From: a virus
Taxonomy: Duplodnaviria > Caudoviricetes
IMG/VR virus record: IMGVR_UViG_3300025392_000357
Coordinates: 1-44,316 of that record
Reading direction: 5' to 3' (one strand)
DNA: 44,316 bases
Shown: piece by piece, positions 19,574 through 28,862 of the stretch
Layout of the letters: each line of letters begins with the position of its first letter
Numbering within the stretch: position 1 is the first letter of the stretch
Made by a program: the position numbers and the translations under genes
The notes under the pieces: generated by a model
The model's input: the letters and a program-made list of their open reading frames with translations, nothing else
Told to the model about the DNA's origin: nothing
Database searches by the model: none

Positions 19574-19591
19574 GGGGGGCTTATGCCCCCC
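19574..19591. terminator. GC-rich hairpin after the SSB-like gene (terminator or processing site)
   Basis: GGGGGGC-TTAT-GCCCCCC, 7-bp stem in a 34-nt intergenic gap. Followed by TGTTT on the plus strand; no U-run on the coding strand. Confidence 0.5.
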
Positions 19592-19598
19592 TGTTTAA

Positions 19599-20549
19599 TT
19601 ACTCATCATCCCAATCGGACACGATGTCAGCGAGTTTGCTTTTCTTCGCAGGGACAGCGCTTACCTTTGTCTCCTTGCGAATCTCTGGCTCCTCGTCGGC
19701 TTCGGCAATGGGTTCGGCTTTGGCTTTCTTAGCCTTGGGTGGGGGAGCAATTATCTCATCCTCCTCGTCCTCAACTACAGGGGGTTTTCCTGCAAGGGCT
19801 GGAACGGACTTTGCTTTCACACCGTCAGCTTGGGCGACCGTCATGTTGACTGCGCTTGATGCTTCTCTGGACTCGCCTTGCTCTCTAGTGATCTCGTACT
19901 CCTCAGCGGTGAGCCAACGTACAGGAGCAAAGAGGAGCTTGGGACTCTCAGACTTCATATCAAACTTCATGCGAGTCACAATCTTCTCGACATCCACAGG
20001 TGGGGATGCAAGTGCCAAGTGACGTACAAAGGCTTGCAAGGGGCGCTTGTCACCGTCTTCCTTACCAAAGATGGATGTAGCAGGTAGAGTCAACTGGAGA
20101 ATGTCTCCACTTGGGTTGTTCTCTAGCACAACGGCTAGGCGTTGTTGATAGCGACACGCCCGGCTATTACCCTGACCTGACCCGGCAACGTTGTTCTTGC
20201 AACTCATACATGTCTCAGCTTGTTTGTTCTGAGCGTTTGCATCAGGCAATTCACCATCGTTAGACCAGCAGTCTGGACCAGTTACATTCTCAGCATCGTA
20301 CTTGGCAGCGTAGAACACTCGGCTCACTTTAGGGGCAGCTTTGACGATGATGACATCGAGGTGACGGTCTTCAATAGAAGCCATCTCCTTACCACCGGAG
20401 ACCAAGCGGAATACACCGCCTTTGATTGAAATACGTTTAGTTGTGCTACCGAGCGCTCCACCGATGAGGGCTTTTGCGGTGTCAGATAGTTCACCAGTTT
20501 GTGCGAATGCGGGTACTTGCGAAGCGTTAAAGGTCGTTATGTTAGACAT
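19599..20549 (-). CDS. Putative ssDNA-binding/annealing protein with Cys cluster and acidic tail
   Basis: PDCWSNDG..CMSC..GSG..RAC pattern, Pro/Lys/Glu-rich linker, ends SDWDDE. Lies in the replication module. Confidence 0.6.
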   Translation of the reverse strand: MSNITTFNASQVPAFAQTGELSDTAKALIGGALGSTTKRISIKGGVFRLVSGGKEMASIEDRHLDVIIVKAAPKVSRVFYAAKYDAENVTGPDCWSNDGELPDANAQNKQAETCMSCKNNVAGSGQGNSRACRYQQRLAVVLENNPSGDILQLTLPATSIFGKEDGDKRPLQAFVRHLALASPPVDVEKIVTRMKFDMKSESPKLLFAPVRWLTAEEYEITREQGESREASSAVNMTVAQADGVKAKSVPALAGKPPVVEDEEDEIIAPPPKAKKAKAEPIAEADEEPEIRKETKVSAVPAKKSKLADIVSDWDDE

Positions 20550-20563
20550 AGTTTTCGTTACTT

Positions 20564-20977
20564 TCATTTAGATGGTTTAGTGATGCGAATCTCAAACTCC
20601 GTCATGGAGTTCAAGCCTGGTGGTACGACACCAGGATTTTCTTGGAGGAACTGACCCATGTTTGTCTGAGCCACACGCTTCTCCAACAAATCAACTGCGT
20701 CGTGTTCTACGATAAATCGTTTGAACGAATCCCAGTCGTTGGTTGAATAACGCGTCTTGGTCATCAGACTGACCGTACCAAAGGTCGTCTTCAATGATGT
20801 CGTGCCGTCAGCCTTCATCATATCTTTGAGCGCAAACTTGATCTCGTCTTGCTGTGCTTTGAGAGTCTCAATCTGCGTGTCGTACTCTTGGGTAAGAGTA
20901 TCAATCTTCTCTTTAATCTTGCGATAAATTTTTACCAATCTGTCGATTGGAACCGTCTCAGTTGCTTGGTCATCCAT
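20564..20977 (-). CDS. Coiled-coil phage protein (Gam-like architecture, function unknown)
   Basis: AAGGAGAAAGCA RBS. N-terminal coiled coil then TTFGTV...DWDSF beta region. Confidence 0.6.
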   Translation of the reverse strand: MDDQATETVPIDRLVKIYRKIKEKIDTLTQEYDTQIETLKAQQDEIKFALKDMMKADGTTSLKTTFGTVSLMTKTRYSTNDWDSFKRFIVEHDAVDLLEKRVAQTNMGQFLQENPGVVPPGLNSMTEFEIRITKPSK

Positions 20978-20998
20978 TGCTTTCTCCTTATGTTTTGT

Positions 20999-21014
20999 TG
21001 TCAAGCGTTAGACA
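20999..21014. promoter_or_regulatory. Operator-like palindrome (TGTCTAACGTTAGACA consensus) over a probable minus-strand promoter
   Basis: TGTCAAGCGTTAGACA has 2 mismatches to the perfect palindrome. The minus strand reads GTGAAA-17nt-TAGAAT with the -10 box overlapping its edge. Confidence 0.55.
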
Positions 21015-21033
21015 TTCTACACACGTTTTTTGT

Positions 21034-22608
21034 TTATTTCACCTCCTTGTCAATAATTATTTCATTCTCAAACATCTGGGTAATAAGTAAGTTATCACTC
21101 ACTTTAGATTCCAAAGCCTTGAACATCTTCTTCTCGATGGGACTACCTTGGATATGAATCACGGTTACTTTGTCAGAGTCCTGCCCCTTGCGATCAGCCC
21201 TTGCAATAGCTTGCGTGTATTGTTCCACGCTCATAAGCGGTCCATAAAACACTACTGTGTCGGCTCTTGTCAACGTGATACCGTGTGCAGTTGCTTGAGG
21301 CTGCATGACTAAGACCCTAGGGTTTTCCTCATTCTGGAATCTCCTAATAATGTCCGAGCGTTTTGGTGGGGTAACTGTACCGTTGATGTACTCAGCCGTG
21401 ATGTTGCGCTTGAGTAAGTGGTTGTAGATCGTGTCGATGGTTGACCTGAACATTGCAAAGATAATGACTTTGCGATCTGTCTCTTCTAGTATTTCTTCTA
21501 GCACGTTGAGCCTTGGCGCTGAGTCAAACTCGATGACTTCCTTGTCGTCCGTATAGGCTGCACCACAACTGATTTGAAGTAGCTTGCTGACACTTGCTGC
21601 CGCATTGACTGCGCTGATGGTCTCCCCTGCTGCTTGCACAAGCATCTGCTCTTTGAGTAGGTTGTAGTACTTGGCTTGTTGAGGCGTGAGTGGGACTTCG
21701 CGTGTCATGGTCAGTACAGGTGGCAAGTCAAGACATTGGTCTTTAGTGAACCTGATCGCAGGTTGTAGTGCTTCGTGCACCAACTGTTTAGCTTCTGCCT
21801 TGGGCGCCCACTTGTACATGGTGACTTTGTTCATGACCTTGTCTCTCCATCCTGTAAAGAACATAGGTACGTTGGTTGGATTAACGAGCTTGGCAAGACC
21901 GTAGGCATCAACAGGTGACTGCGATGCAGGTGTGCCTGTCATCATCCATAGGTGTGTGTTGGGTTTGATGATGGACTTTAAAGACTTCCATCTTTTGGTG
22001 GTCACAGACTTGTATGCGTTAGCCTCATCCACAATAACCAAGTCAAACTTGCCGTTGCTATTAACTTCTTCGGCAATAAGATTCAAGCCCTCGTAGTTTG
22101 TAATCACAAACTCATAGCCTTGTTGAATCATCTCAATTCTTCGGGTAGCCTGGGCATGGTGCGCAACAATGGCAGAGCGATGAATGATACTGTTGTTCAT
22201 ATCACTAAGCCACGCAGACTGCATGATCGACAAGGGGCAAAGAATTAAGCAACGCCTGACCTCACCACGCTTCATCAAATAGTCGGCAGCCCACAGCGCT
22301 GATAGTGTCTTGCCTGTACCCGGTTCAGAGAATACAAACGCACGCTTGTGTAGTGTAAGAAAAGCAGACGTCTCGATCTGGTGTGCCATTGGTTTGAAAC
22401 GACCAGGCCAATTGTATTTGCGCTCAATCGGTGAGGGCACACTCTTTACACCAAGGTTCTTTAAAACTCTGGCTTCGTCTAGTCCCCAGTACACAGCAAT
22501 CTCGTACGTGCCTTTGTCCTCGCTGAGTATCTTATGTTTAGGGATGATGCTGTACTTGGCTGGGTTTCGCGTACGAAAGACCAGCGCTTTGTCTTCTACT
22601 ATTTGCAT
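21034..22608 (-). CDS. SF2 SNF2-like DNA helicase
   Basis: EPGTGKT, IVDEAN, MTGTP, HGITLT and QAIARADRKGQ helicase motifs. Confidence 0.92.
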   Translation of the reverse strand: MQIVEDKALVFRTRNPAKYSIIPKHKILSEDKGTYEIAVYWGLDEARVLKNLGVKSVPSPIERKYNWPGRFKPMAHQIETSAFLTLHKRAFVFSEPGTGKTLSALWAADYLMKRGEVRRCLILCPLSIMQSAWLSDMNNSIIHRSAIVAHHAQATRRIEMIQQGYEFVITNYEGLNLIAEEVNSNGKFDLVIVDEANAYKSVTTKRWKSLKSIIKPNTHLWMMTGTPASQSPVDAYGLAKLVNPTNVPMFFTGWRDKVMNKVTMYKWAPKAEAKQLVHEALQPAIRFTKDQCLDLPPVLTMTREVPLTPQQAKYYNLLKEQMLVQAAGETISAVNAAASVSKLLQISCGAAYTDDKEVIEFDSAPRLNVLEEILEETDRKVIIFAMFRSTIDTIYNHLLKRNITAEYINGTVTPPKRSDIIRRFQNEENPRVLVMQPQATAHGITLTRADTVVFYGPLMSVEQYTQAIARADRKGQDSDKVTVIHIQGSPIEKKMFKALESKVSDNLLITQMFENEIIIDKEVK

Positions 22609-22620
22609 TTGCTCTCTCTT

Positions 22621-22890
22621 TTATTTATTCTTACCGTACTGCTTGCCGTGCTCATCTCTCCAACTTCTATTGACCTTCTCAGGTACTACACGCAAGTTCT
22701 TCTTTACATTCTTACCGCCTGCATCAAGCATCTTGATGTGATCGACTTCCTTGTTGTCTCCCTTCTTAACCTTCCCTGCCTTCATCTCTAACGCTCTTGC
22801 TCGGTTACGTTCCTCGCGTTTCTTAACTTGAGCCGGACTTGATTCGTACTTGGTGTTGTACGCTAACTTTTCTGGACTAGACTTAGCCAT
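22621..22890 (-). CDS. Small HNH-type endonuclease
   Basis: EVDH...GGKN...NLRVV...VNRS; basic protein; GGAG RBS. Confidence 0.7.
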   Translation of the reverse strand: MAKSSPEKLAYNTKYESSPAQVKKREERNRARALEMKAGKVKKGDNKEVDHIKMLDAGGKNVKKNLRVVPEKVNRSWRDEHGKQYGKNK

Positions 22891-22899
22891 GATTTACTC

Positions 22900-23565
22900 C
22901 TAATGTTTGGGGTTGTGTTCACACGTTTTTACAGGACACCACGGACACAGCGGTGATGGCTTGGGGTTCCATACATCTGTGGCGTGGGCTTGCTCGATAC
23001 GGGCAACGCGTTGGCGGTACTGCCACCACTCGCCCTCTGCTTGGTCATAGGTCATACTGATCTTGACCATGTCGTCTTTTACTACAAAGAGTAATGCTGA
23101 ATTGATCTTGCGAATATGCGGATGGTGAGCAAACACCATGATCGACATGAGCTTGAGTTGCTCACGATCTGGGTACTTGTTGTTGCCTGTCTTATAGTCC
23201 ACGACCCAAGCAGTTAAGTTGTCATCGTCGAGTATAAGCAGGTCAGCAATACCACGTACCCATGTGTCTTTGTCTCTCCAACCGCAAGGCTTTAAGTCCG
23301 CAGTCAGCGCCATCTGTTGCTCACACAACTTGCGACCAGGCTTGGCAATCAAAGCGTCTAGCATATCTTTAGCAAACAAGAACTGTGGTGGTATGGGTGT
23401 ACCGTCCTTGATGTAATCTTCTGCTGCCTTGTGAAACTCTGTACCGTAACGCGTTGCTTCGTTCTCTACAAACGGAAAGTTCTTGAGAACCTTGACTTCG
23501 TGATACCGCCTTGCGCATCCCTCATAGTCTTTGAGGGAACTGTGTGACCATGTAACTGTTGGCAT
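22900..23565 (-). CDS. PD-(D/E)XK exonuclease (Cas4/RecB-like)
   Basis: WSHSSLKDYEGC, GTEFH, RGIAD, VVDYKTG, QLKLM and C-terminal CPWCPVKTC. Confidence 0.88.
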   Translation of the reverse strand: MPTVTWSHSSLKDYEGCARRYHEVKVLKNFPFVENEATRYGTEFHKAAEDYIKDGTPIPPQFLFAKDMLDALIAKPGRKLCEQQMALTADLKPCGWRDKDTWVRGIADLLILDDDNLTAWVVDYKTGNNKYPDREQLKLMSIMVFAHHPHIRKINSALLFVVKDDMVKISMTYDQAEGEWWQYRQRVARIEQAHATDVWNPKPSPLCPWCPVKTCEHNPKH

Positions 23566-23882
23566 TAAAACCTCGCTGATCGAATTGCTTTGGTAAGTCT
23601 GTTGGCAAACCCTGTGACAAACTTCTCGTTCTTGTTGAGTGCATCTTCCCCCATGTCGTTGAGGATAGCGTGAGTTAACTCATGCCAAAAGGTTTCACTC
23701 ATCATCGCTTGGGTATAAGCTCGTCCTGTCACATTGCTCTTACGCCCAACTCTTATCGTTTGCTTGTCATAGTCAATCGTCCCCATGATGCGTTGCCTAA
23801 GCATTGTCTCAACGACTTCGATTGAATAGCGTTTGTTACCGACTCGTATTGTTTTAGGTATCTGTAGTTTTGTTGGCGTCAT
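23565..23882 (-). CDS. Small HExxH metallopeptidase-like protein
   Basis: TFWHELTHAIL...E motif; TAATG coupling to the next gene. Confidence 0.7.
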   Translation of the reverse strand: MTPTKLQIPKTIRVGNKRYSIEVVETMLRQRIMGTIDYDKQTIRVGRKSNVTGRAYTQAMMSETFWHELTHAILNDMGEDALNKNEKFVTGFANRLTKAIRSARF

Positions 23883-24111
23883 TCATATCCCTTATTTGCC
23901 TTCTTAGGTTGTAATTTTCTGTCATTACTTCTTGTAACATCTTGATGTGTTCCTTGTGTCTGTTCTCCATGACATTAATAAGGCTCTCAAGCTCTGTGCT
24001 CCACGAAGACATCTTCTGTCTTAATAGTGATCCGTGGTACCAGACATAGTTTTCTGTAATGCCTTCAATTATGATGTGATCTTTTATTTCAAACGGTTGC
24101 GTTTGTTCCAT
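23854..24111 (-). CDS. Hypothetical coiled-coil protein
   Basis: AAGGAGAG RBS before ATG 24111. Confidence 0.65.
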   Translation of the reverse strand: MEQTQPFEIKDHIIIEGITENYVWYHGSLLRQKMSSWSTELESLINVMENRHKEHIKMLQEVMTENYNLRRQIRDMNDANKTTDT

Positions 24112-24121
24112 TTCTCTCTCC

Positions 24122-26092
24122 TTAGTTTTTAGCTTCACCGTAACGTCTATGCGCGCCACCATCTGCTGCCAGAGGTATGCCCGACATATAGCTCGGCTCC
24201 ATAGTCATTTGCTCCAAGACCCATGTCTTGGCTACATTGACCTCGTCATCTGGCACAACGCATATTAACTCATCGTGCACAGTTCCTACTACGGGATAAC
24301 ATTTGTTAACTCGTAGCATTCCGTCCGTCATCACAATCCTTGCTAGGGCTTGCGTGACATTGTTTGTTACTTTACCGGGGTAAAGTTTGGTAGCGTCTGG
24401 CCCGTATACATACTGGCTCCTACCTTTATCGTCTTTAGTTCTGCGTAGATCGGGGTACAGCAATTTCATGCCGTTTGGTAATTCTATCTCACCCTTGCGA
24501 AATGTCAAACATTTGTACTTGTGCTCTTTACCGCCATACAAAGACGTCTCAATCAGCCCACCACAGGTCTCCCAAAATGATACGACTTGATACGCGGTGG
24601 CACGGTATATGTCAATGATCTTCTTGGCAGCCACGGCATGCACGGCAAGCTCTTGTAGGCTACAGGTGTGCGGTATATCCTCTAGCTTCTTAACGTTCTC
24701 ATCCCAATCAAAAAACTTCTCGACCGCATCCGACGTAACGCCAAGCGCTTTCGCGAACTTCTTTTCATACCGTACGGGCGGCGCTCCAAGAAAGCCGGTG
24801 AGTAACTGCGACGCGAACGACGACCATCCGAGTCCATAACCACACCCGAGTAGTGCACTTTTCGCAGACTGCCGTAGGTCAGGATGTGTTTCTTTACTGA
24901 GTCCGGGTATGTTAAACATCTGCGCTCCGAACGCCGCATAAGGGTCGCCACCTCCTTTGAAGATGTCGAGCATATCTTGATAGTCAGCCAACCACGCCAG
25001 AACCCGTGGCTCAATCTGTGATAAATCTCCAACAACGAGTTGCGAACCTTCGGGAGCCATAATTGCTTTACGTAAGAACGACCCACGTTTGAGGTTTTGC
25101 ATATTGATAGCGGAGCCTTTGGCTGCCGACCAACGACCCGATTTAGCCCCGTAATACGATAACGGGACAGGTAGTGCGCCGCGTTGAGATATATCGAGAA
25201 ACCTCTGAGCACGCGTCCTCTCTGTCGTCGATTTAACCCGAAGGCGTGCTTCACAAAGGAGGGCAATGTCCTCACGTTCACCATTGAGGAGCGCTTGGAA
25301 GAGGGCATCATTTTTCGCAAGTGCAAGGGTTTCTTTCCCGGTAGTTTTACTGACCTTAGTTGGGGGAACCGTCCCGAGCGCTGTAAGTAAGGCAGCAAAC
25401 TTAGGATTCGACGCGAGGTCGGATTCGTCAATATCAAGTCTTTGGAGTAGTTCCTCACGTTTAATCCTTTCTTCTGAGAGTGCTTCGATAAGCATGGGCT
25501 GATCTAGTACAAGCACGGGGCGCGTGTACATCTTAAGCGTCATGTCGATGAGTCTGAGTTCCTTAGCAGGGTAGCCTTGAACCAACCGCCCGAAAATTTG
25601 CTCACATAGGTATACATCGTGCTTGCAATATTCTGCCAGTTCTCGCTCAATATTGATGTCACTAAGTCGTTCGAGTCCATTCGTTGAATGTACTGCCATT
25701 CCCTTGGCAGGGAGTCCAAAGTCTTCAGCCAACTTTGCAAGTGAGTTTCCAACTTCCACGCCTCGTAAAGCTCTTGCCATTGATAAGGTGTCGAAGATGA
25801 AACAGGGGTGGACATCGTAGACCCACTCAAGGATAGAGATGTCAAACTGGGCGTTATGGGCAAGAACGGCAGTCTGTGACCAGTCGTACGTAGATAGTAT
25901 TCGTGGAAGTTCGTCTCCTCTGTACCATTGTGTAGGTCTATCACTTCCGTATTCGTGGATACAGGCTCCAAAGGCTGTGAATCGCGCATCTCTTATGTAC
26001 TCCTCTGTGGTCATCTTACTTAGTGTGTAGTCCTTACTGTCCCACCTTGTCTCAAAGTCAAGGGTCAGTATCGTCTTGTATGGGGCGCTCAA
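24122..26092 (-). CDS. polA: Family A DNA polymerase with 3'-5' exonuclease
   Basis: Exo motifs LDFET, HNAQFD and YCKHD. Motif A DLSQIEPR, motif B RQSAKSALLGCGYG, motif C VHDE. TTG start coupled to the upstream TGA. Confidence 0.95.
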   Translation of the reverse strand: MSAPYKTILTLDFETRWDSKDYTLSKMTTEEYIRDARFTAFGACIHEYGSDRPTQWYRGDELPRILSTYDWSQTAVLAHNAQFDISILEWVYDVHPCFIFDTLSMARALRGVEVGNSLAKLAEDFGLPAKGMAVHSTNGLERLSDINIERELAEYCKHDVYLCEQIFGRLVQGYPAKELRLIDMTLKMYTRPVLVLDQPMLIEALSEERIKREELLQRLDIDESDLASNPKFAALLTALGTVPPTKVSKTTGKETLALAKNDALFQALLNGEREDIALLCEARLRVKSTTERTRAQRFLDISQRGALPVPLSYYGAKSGRWSAAKGSAINMQNLKRGSFLRKAIMAPEGSQLVVGDLSQIEPRVLAWLADYQDMLDIFKGGGDPYAAFGAQMFNIPGLSKETHPDLRQSAKSALLGCGYGLGWSSFASQLLTGFLGAPPVRYEKKFAKALGVTSDAVEKFFDWDENVKKLEDIPHTCSLQELAVHAVAAKKIIDIYRATAYQVVSFWETCGGLIETSLYGGKEHKYKCLTFRKGEIELPNGMKLLYPDLRRTKDDKGRSQYVYGPDATKLYPGKVTNNVTQALARIVMTDGMLRVNKCYPVVGTVHDELICVVPDDEVNVAKTWVLEQMTMEPSYMSGIPLAADGGAHRRYGEAKN

Positions 26093-26373
26093 TTAAACAT
26101 CTCCTTGGGTGGTGCATCGCTCATATTGACATGGTCAAAGTAATTCTTGAGTCCGTCCAACATCTCGGCTGCATCCATCTCGTTGCAGTTAAGCGTAATC
26201 ACTTCGCCCATGTCACCGATCAAATGTCCTTTGACAAGCAGCATGCCTGTGCACGCATCCTTACCGTAACACATGACGAGTCTGTGTATGCACTCTTTTA
26301 AATGATCGCGTTCTTTGTTTGAAAGCGTTGCGATACGCGCCTCCATTTCTTTTTCAGCTTCAGTTAGTGCCAT
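26089..26373 (-). CDS. Hypothetical protein
   Basis: 94-aa ORF overlapping both neighbours. Confidence 0.65.
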   Translation of the reverse strand: MALTEAEKEMEARIATLSNKERDHLKECIHRLVMCYGKDACTGMLLVKGHLIGDMGEVITLNCNEMDAAEMLDGLKNYFDHVNMSDAPPKEMFN

Positions 26374-26653
26374 CTAGTATCCCCTGTAAAGTGTGTAAGT
26401 TGTCTTCGTTAATAACATGTGCTTCTCCTCCTGCATCTTTTATATCTTGTAAGTGTTTAAGTTGTAGTGCCGTTGGCTTGCCTCCCTTAGCTTTAGCCTC
26501 AATGCCAATGAAGCGCCCCTTATGACAGACCAAGAAGTCTGGCACGCCTGAGTTACCCATCCCCATACCGATCGGCATAGCGTAGTAGGCGTTGTTGTTT
26601 TTAAGGATTGCTTTGATTTGCTTTTTAACTAAAGCCTCGGGAGTCATAGCCAT
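26360..26653 (-). CDS. VRR-NUC domain nuclease (resolvase-like)
   Basis: PE..VKKQI, GVPDFL, FIGIEAK, KPTALQ, GGEAHVI. Confidence 0.88.
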   Translation of the reverse strand: MAMTPEALVKKQIKAILKNNNAYYAMPIGMGMGNSGVPDFLVCHKGRFIGIEAKAKGGKPTALQLKHLQDIKDAGGEAHVINEDNLHTLQGILDGTN

Positions 26654-26907
26654 TAGTAAAGTACCTCGTTTAGTTTCTCAATGTAGTGAAACGCTTTCTT
26701 CACGTCCTCTTCTGTCGCACCCTTGCGTCCTGCACGCATAGAGTATTTGATGATGTTACCCTTTAAGAATCCTATGAACTCCTGTGTGGTCAACACATTC
26801 TCCATTACTGTCCACGGCTGTATCGCCATGTCTTTGTAGTGGTTACCGCCTACTTGTTTGTCATCGGCTTTTGGAAACAGTTCTTGTTGTCTATCGTTTG
26901 AGATCAT
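26653..26907 (-). CDS. DUF3310 (SaV-like / T7 gp1.7 nucleotide kinase-like) protein
   Basis: QVGGNHY, GFLKGNIIKYSMRAGRKG, DVKKAFHY; AAGGAGG RBS. Confidence 0.85.
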   Translation of the reverse strand: MISNDRQQELFPKADDKQVGGNHYKDMAIQPWTVMENVLTTQEFIGFLKGNIIKYSMRAGRKGATEEDVKKAFHYIEKLNEVLY

Positions 26908-27085
26908 TAGTACCCTCCTTGTACGCGGCAATGCCTAGCTGAATTTGTTCTGATCTGATTTGTCTGTTCAAGTAATTTCTTAACCATTCTATTCCTCCTA
27001 TTGCTTTGAACATTTCCTTTTGTTCTGGTGTCATACGAAACGATGTTGTTTTGTATCCTGTGATTTCACTTTTGGGTCTTGGCAT
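26891..27085 (-). CDS. Putative ribbon-helix-helix DNA-binding protein
   Basis: MPRPKS..TTSFRMTPEQKEMFKAIGGIEWLRNYL strand-helix-helix pattern. Confidence 0.55.
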   Translation of the reverse strand: MPRPKSEITGYKTTSFRMTPEQKEMFKAIGGIEWLRNYLNRQIRSEQIQLGIAAYKEGTNDLKR

Positions 27086-27266
27086 CGTCCTTGTCCTTGT
27101 GGTCGTGTGTTTCGGTTTCTTCTTTGTTAAAGAATATCTTCTTACAAACGGTGCACAACCAAGCAGGGCGAAAGATTTGATTCACCTCACCTGTGTGTAC
27201 ACCAAGAGGTCTGCCCTCATAGGTGTTGATCTTTTGGAACACTTGTCTTTTCCTCCAAGCTGTCAT
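27066..27266 (-). CDS. Small Zn-finger-like protein
   Basis: WLCTVCKKIF...HDH. Confidence 0.55.
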   Translation of the reverse strand: MTAWRKRQVFQKINTYEGRPLGVHTGEVNQIFRPAWLCTVCKKIFFNKEETETHDHKDKDDAKTQK

Positions 27267-27477
27267 TTTGTAACCTTGCTTTCATCATTGCGTCCGCTAC
27301 TTCATAAGAAAACTGTGTAAGTTCATCCGTATCGTATCTAATGCCTGAATGTTCAGACAACATTCCGAGCATAGCCATTCCTGCAAACCAGTCTCTTAAA
27401 TCCATACCTTGTTGACCACCAATAATCAAACCATCACCGTTTGTAATTATTCCGTTTGGAAATGCTTTCATTAACAT
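27217..27477 (-). CDS. Phage hypothetical protein (GMDLRDWFA family)
   Basis: AFP...GMDLRDWFAGMAM...YEVADAMMKAR, a recurrent phage early-gene motif. Confidence 0.75.
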   Translation of the reverse strand: MLMKAFPNGIITNGDGLIIGGQQGMDLRDWFAGMAMLGMLSEHSGIRYDTDELTQFSYEVADAMMKARLQNDSLEEKTSVPKDQHL

Positions 27478-27779
27478 CTCCCATCCATGTCCACGGCTTT
27501 AGCTCTGTACTGACGTATTGCCTCAAGCTTAGCGTAAAACTTTTGCACGTGCACTAGCGCATCGCCGTAACGTCCGCTATCCACATCATCACAAATCACC
27601 TTTGCTTCTTCTATTGCGTTCTGATACAAGTTAAGCTCTGCGAGTGCATCGCCCAGTTGTAAATCTATTTCTCTTGTTTGATCATCCATTGGTTTACTCC
27701 TAAAAATTCTATCAAAGTTACTTGCAAATGCGTCCATGTTAACAGGTCTTTGGACTGAACCTTTTCCTCCGTCACTCAT
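27471..27779 (-). CDS. Hypothetical protein (MSDGGKGS N-terminus)
   Basis: AGGAG RBS before ATG 27779. Confidence 0.65.
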   Translation of the reverse strand: MSDGGKGSVQRPVNMDAFASNFDRIFRSKPMDDQTREIDLQLGDALAELNLYQNAIEEAKVICDDVDSGRYGDALVHVQKFYAKLEAIRQYRAKAVDMDGRC

Positions 27780-27933
27780 TTTGTTTCTCCTGTAATGATT
27801 TCTGATAGATTTCTTGCAATGATTTTGAAAGCTTATTTGAATGATGTGCAATTAATTCCATCAACCTATCCACTGACCTTACAAAACCAGTGTCCCGCCT
27901 GGTCATCTGCCTGCGCCATGTTCTAAGTTTCAT
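27772..27933 (-). CDS. Small hypothetical protein, 53 aa (not in ORF track)
   Basis: Manual translation MKLRTWRRQMTRRD...LQEKQNE; fills the gap between neighbours. Confidence 0.55.
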   Translation of the reverse strand: MKLRTWRRQMTRRDTGFVRSVDRLMELIAHHSNKLSKSLQEIYQKSLQEKQNE

Positions 27934-27935
27934 TC

Positions 27936-28151
27936 TTACTTCCTTGCATAGTTTGTGTTTTTTAGGTAAAACTTAGCACATCTGCCTTCCACAACCGTCA
28001 AGGTTTTATCGGCTTTTATTTTGTCTTCTACGTTGGTAACCTCCTGTTTACATTCTTCTTGGTTTGCGTAGGGTGTTTCAACGGCAATCATTCCGCAATC
28101 AATACCGCGACAAAAGAAAATAATAGCTAAATACATAGTGCTATTCATCAT
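27936..28151 (-). CDS. Small Cys-containing hypothetical protein
   Basis: AGGAG RBS, hydrophobic N-terminus, four Cys. Confidence 0.6.
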   Translation of the reverse strand: MMNSTMYLAIIFFCRGIDCGMIAVETPYANQEECKQEVTNVEDKIKADKTLTVVEGRCAKFYLKNTNYARK

Positions 28152-28254
28152 GAACTCCTAGTATAAATAGCACATAACAAAACACCACAGTGATCCACAT
28201 TGATGCGATACAAAGCACTGCAAGCGTCATTAAAACTTCTAGTATGTCGTTCAT
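28141..28254 (-). CDS. 37-aa single-TM membrane peptide (not in ORF track)
   Basis: MNDILEVLMTLAVLCIASMWITVVFCYVLFILGVHDE; AAGGAG RBS; paralogue at 31091-31204. Confidence 0.7.
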   Translation of the reverse strand: MNDILEVLMTLAVLCIASMWITVVFCYVLFILGVHDE

Positions 28255-28271
28255 TTCTTTCTCCTTTAAAG

Positions 28272-28862
28272 TTAAATCAAATTAAAAGAAAGCGTTACTC
28301 TTTCTTGCGATACTGCATCTACCCAATGAACTAACTCAGAGGGAAAGATAAGTATGTCTCCTTTTTTGCCTAAATACTTTACACCGTTTTGAAACTCAGT
28401 TGGCTCTGCGCCATCTGTATAGTATATGACTCCTGAAAATACAGCGAAGTGTTGATGCCTTGGGACGTAATCCCCTACGTTATAAAAGCATGTCCAAAAA
28501 TCATACCCGTTAAAGTGTCCGTCATATTTCTTAACTCTAAATTCTCTACGGTGTGCCTCACCAAAAATCTGTGACTGCACATACTCACCAAGATAGATAA
28601 GAAACGCTTGCGTAAATGAGTTCTCAAACGCTACCGTCGGGACTGGTACATGAGAAAAGTTATCGCTTACCGTAGTACGTTGGCGTAATAAGTAAAACAA
28701 CTCTTGGCTTTTGATGCTTCTACAAATGTCAACAAACGAACCTATCTCCTGCATCAGCTTGTCAGGGATACGTCCTTGCATGATCGGTGCGTTACCTTCT
28801 AAAAACTTAAAGTCTTTAAATAACGCTAAAACTTTATGCGGTATGGGGGGAAAAGTACTCAT
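28272..28862 (-). CDS. Putative 2OG-Fe(II) oxygenase (HxH type)
   Basis: PRHQH..FSGVIYY...GDILIFPSELVHWV...RVTLSFN double-stranded beta-helix motif set. Confidence 0.8.
   Translation of the reverse strand: MSTFPPIPHKVLALFKDFKFLEGNAPIMQGRIPDKLMQEIGSFVDICRSIKSQELFYLLRQRTTVSDNFSHVPVPTVAFENSFTQAFLIYLGEYVQSQIFGEAHRREFRVKKYDGHFNGYDFWTCFYNVGDYVPRHQHFAVFSGVIYYTDGAEPTEFQNGVKYLGKKGDILIFPSELVHWVDAVSQERVTLSFNLI

Noticed and set aside
22900-23565. Cas4-like nuclease as part of a CRISPR system
   Set aside because: No other cas genes or array; standalone PD-(D/E)XK exonucleases are normal in phage replication modules.
24682-25458. 258-aa alternate-frame ORF inside polA
   Set aside because: Arg/Ser-rich frame-shifted pattern with no recognisable motifs; polA is intact in its own frame.
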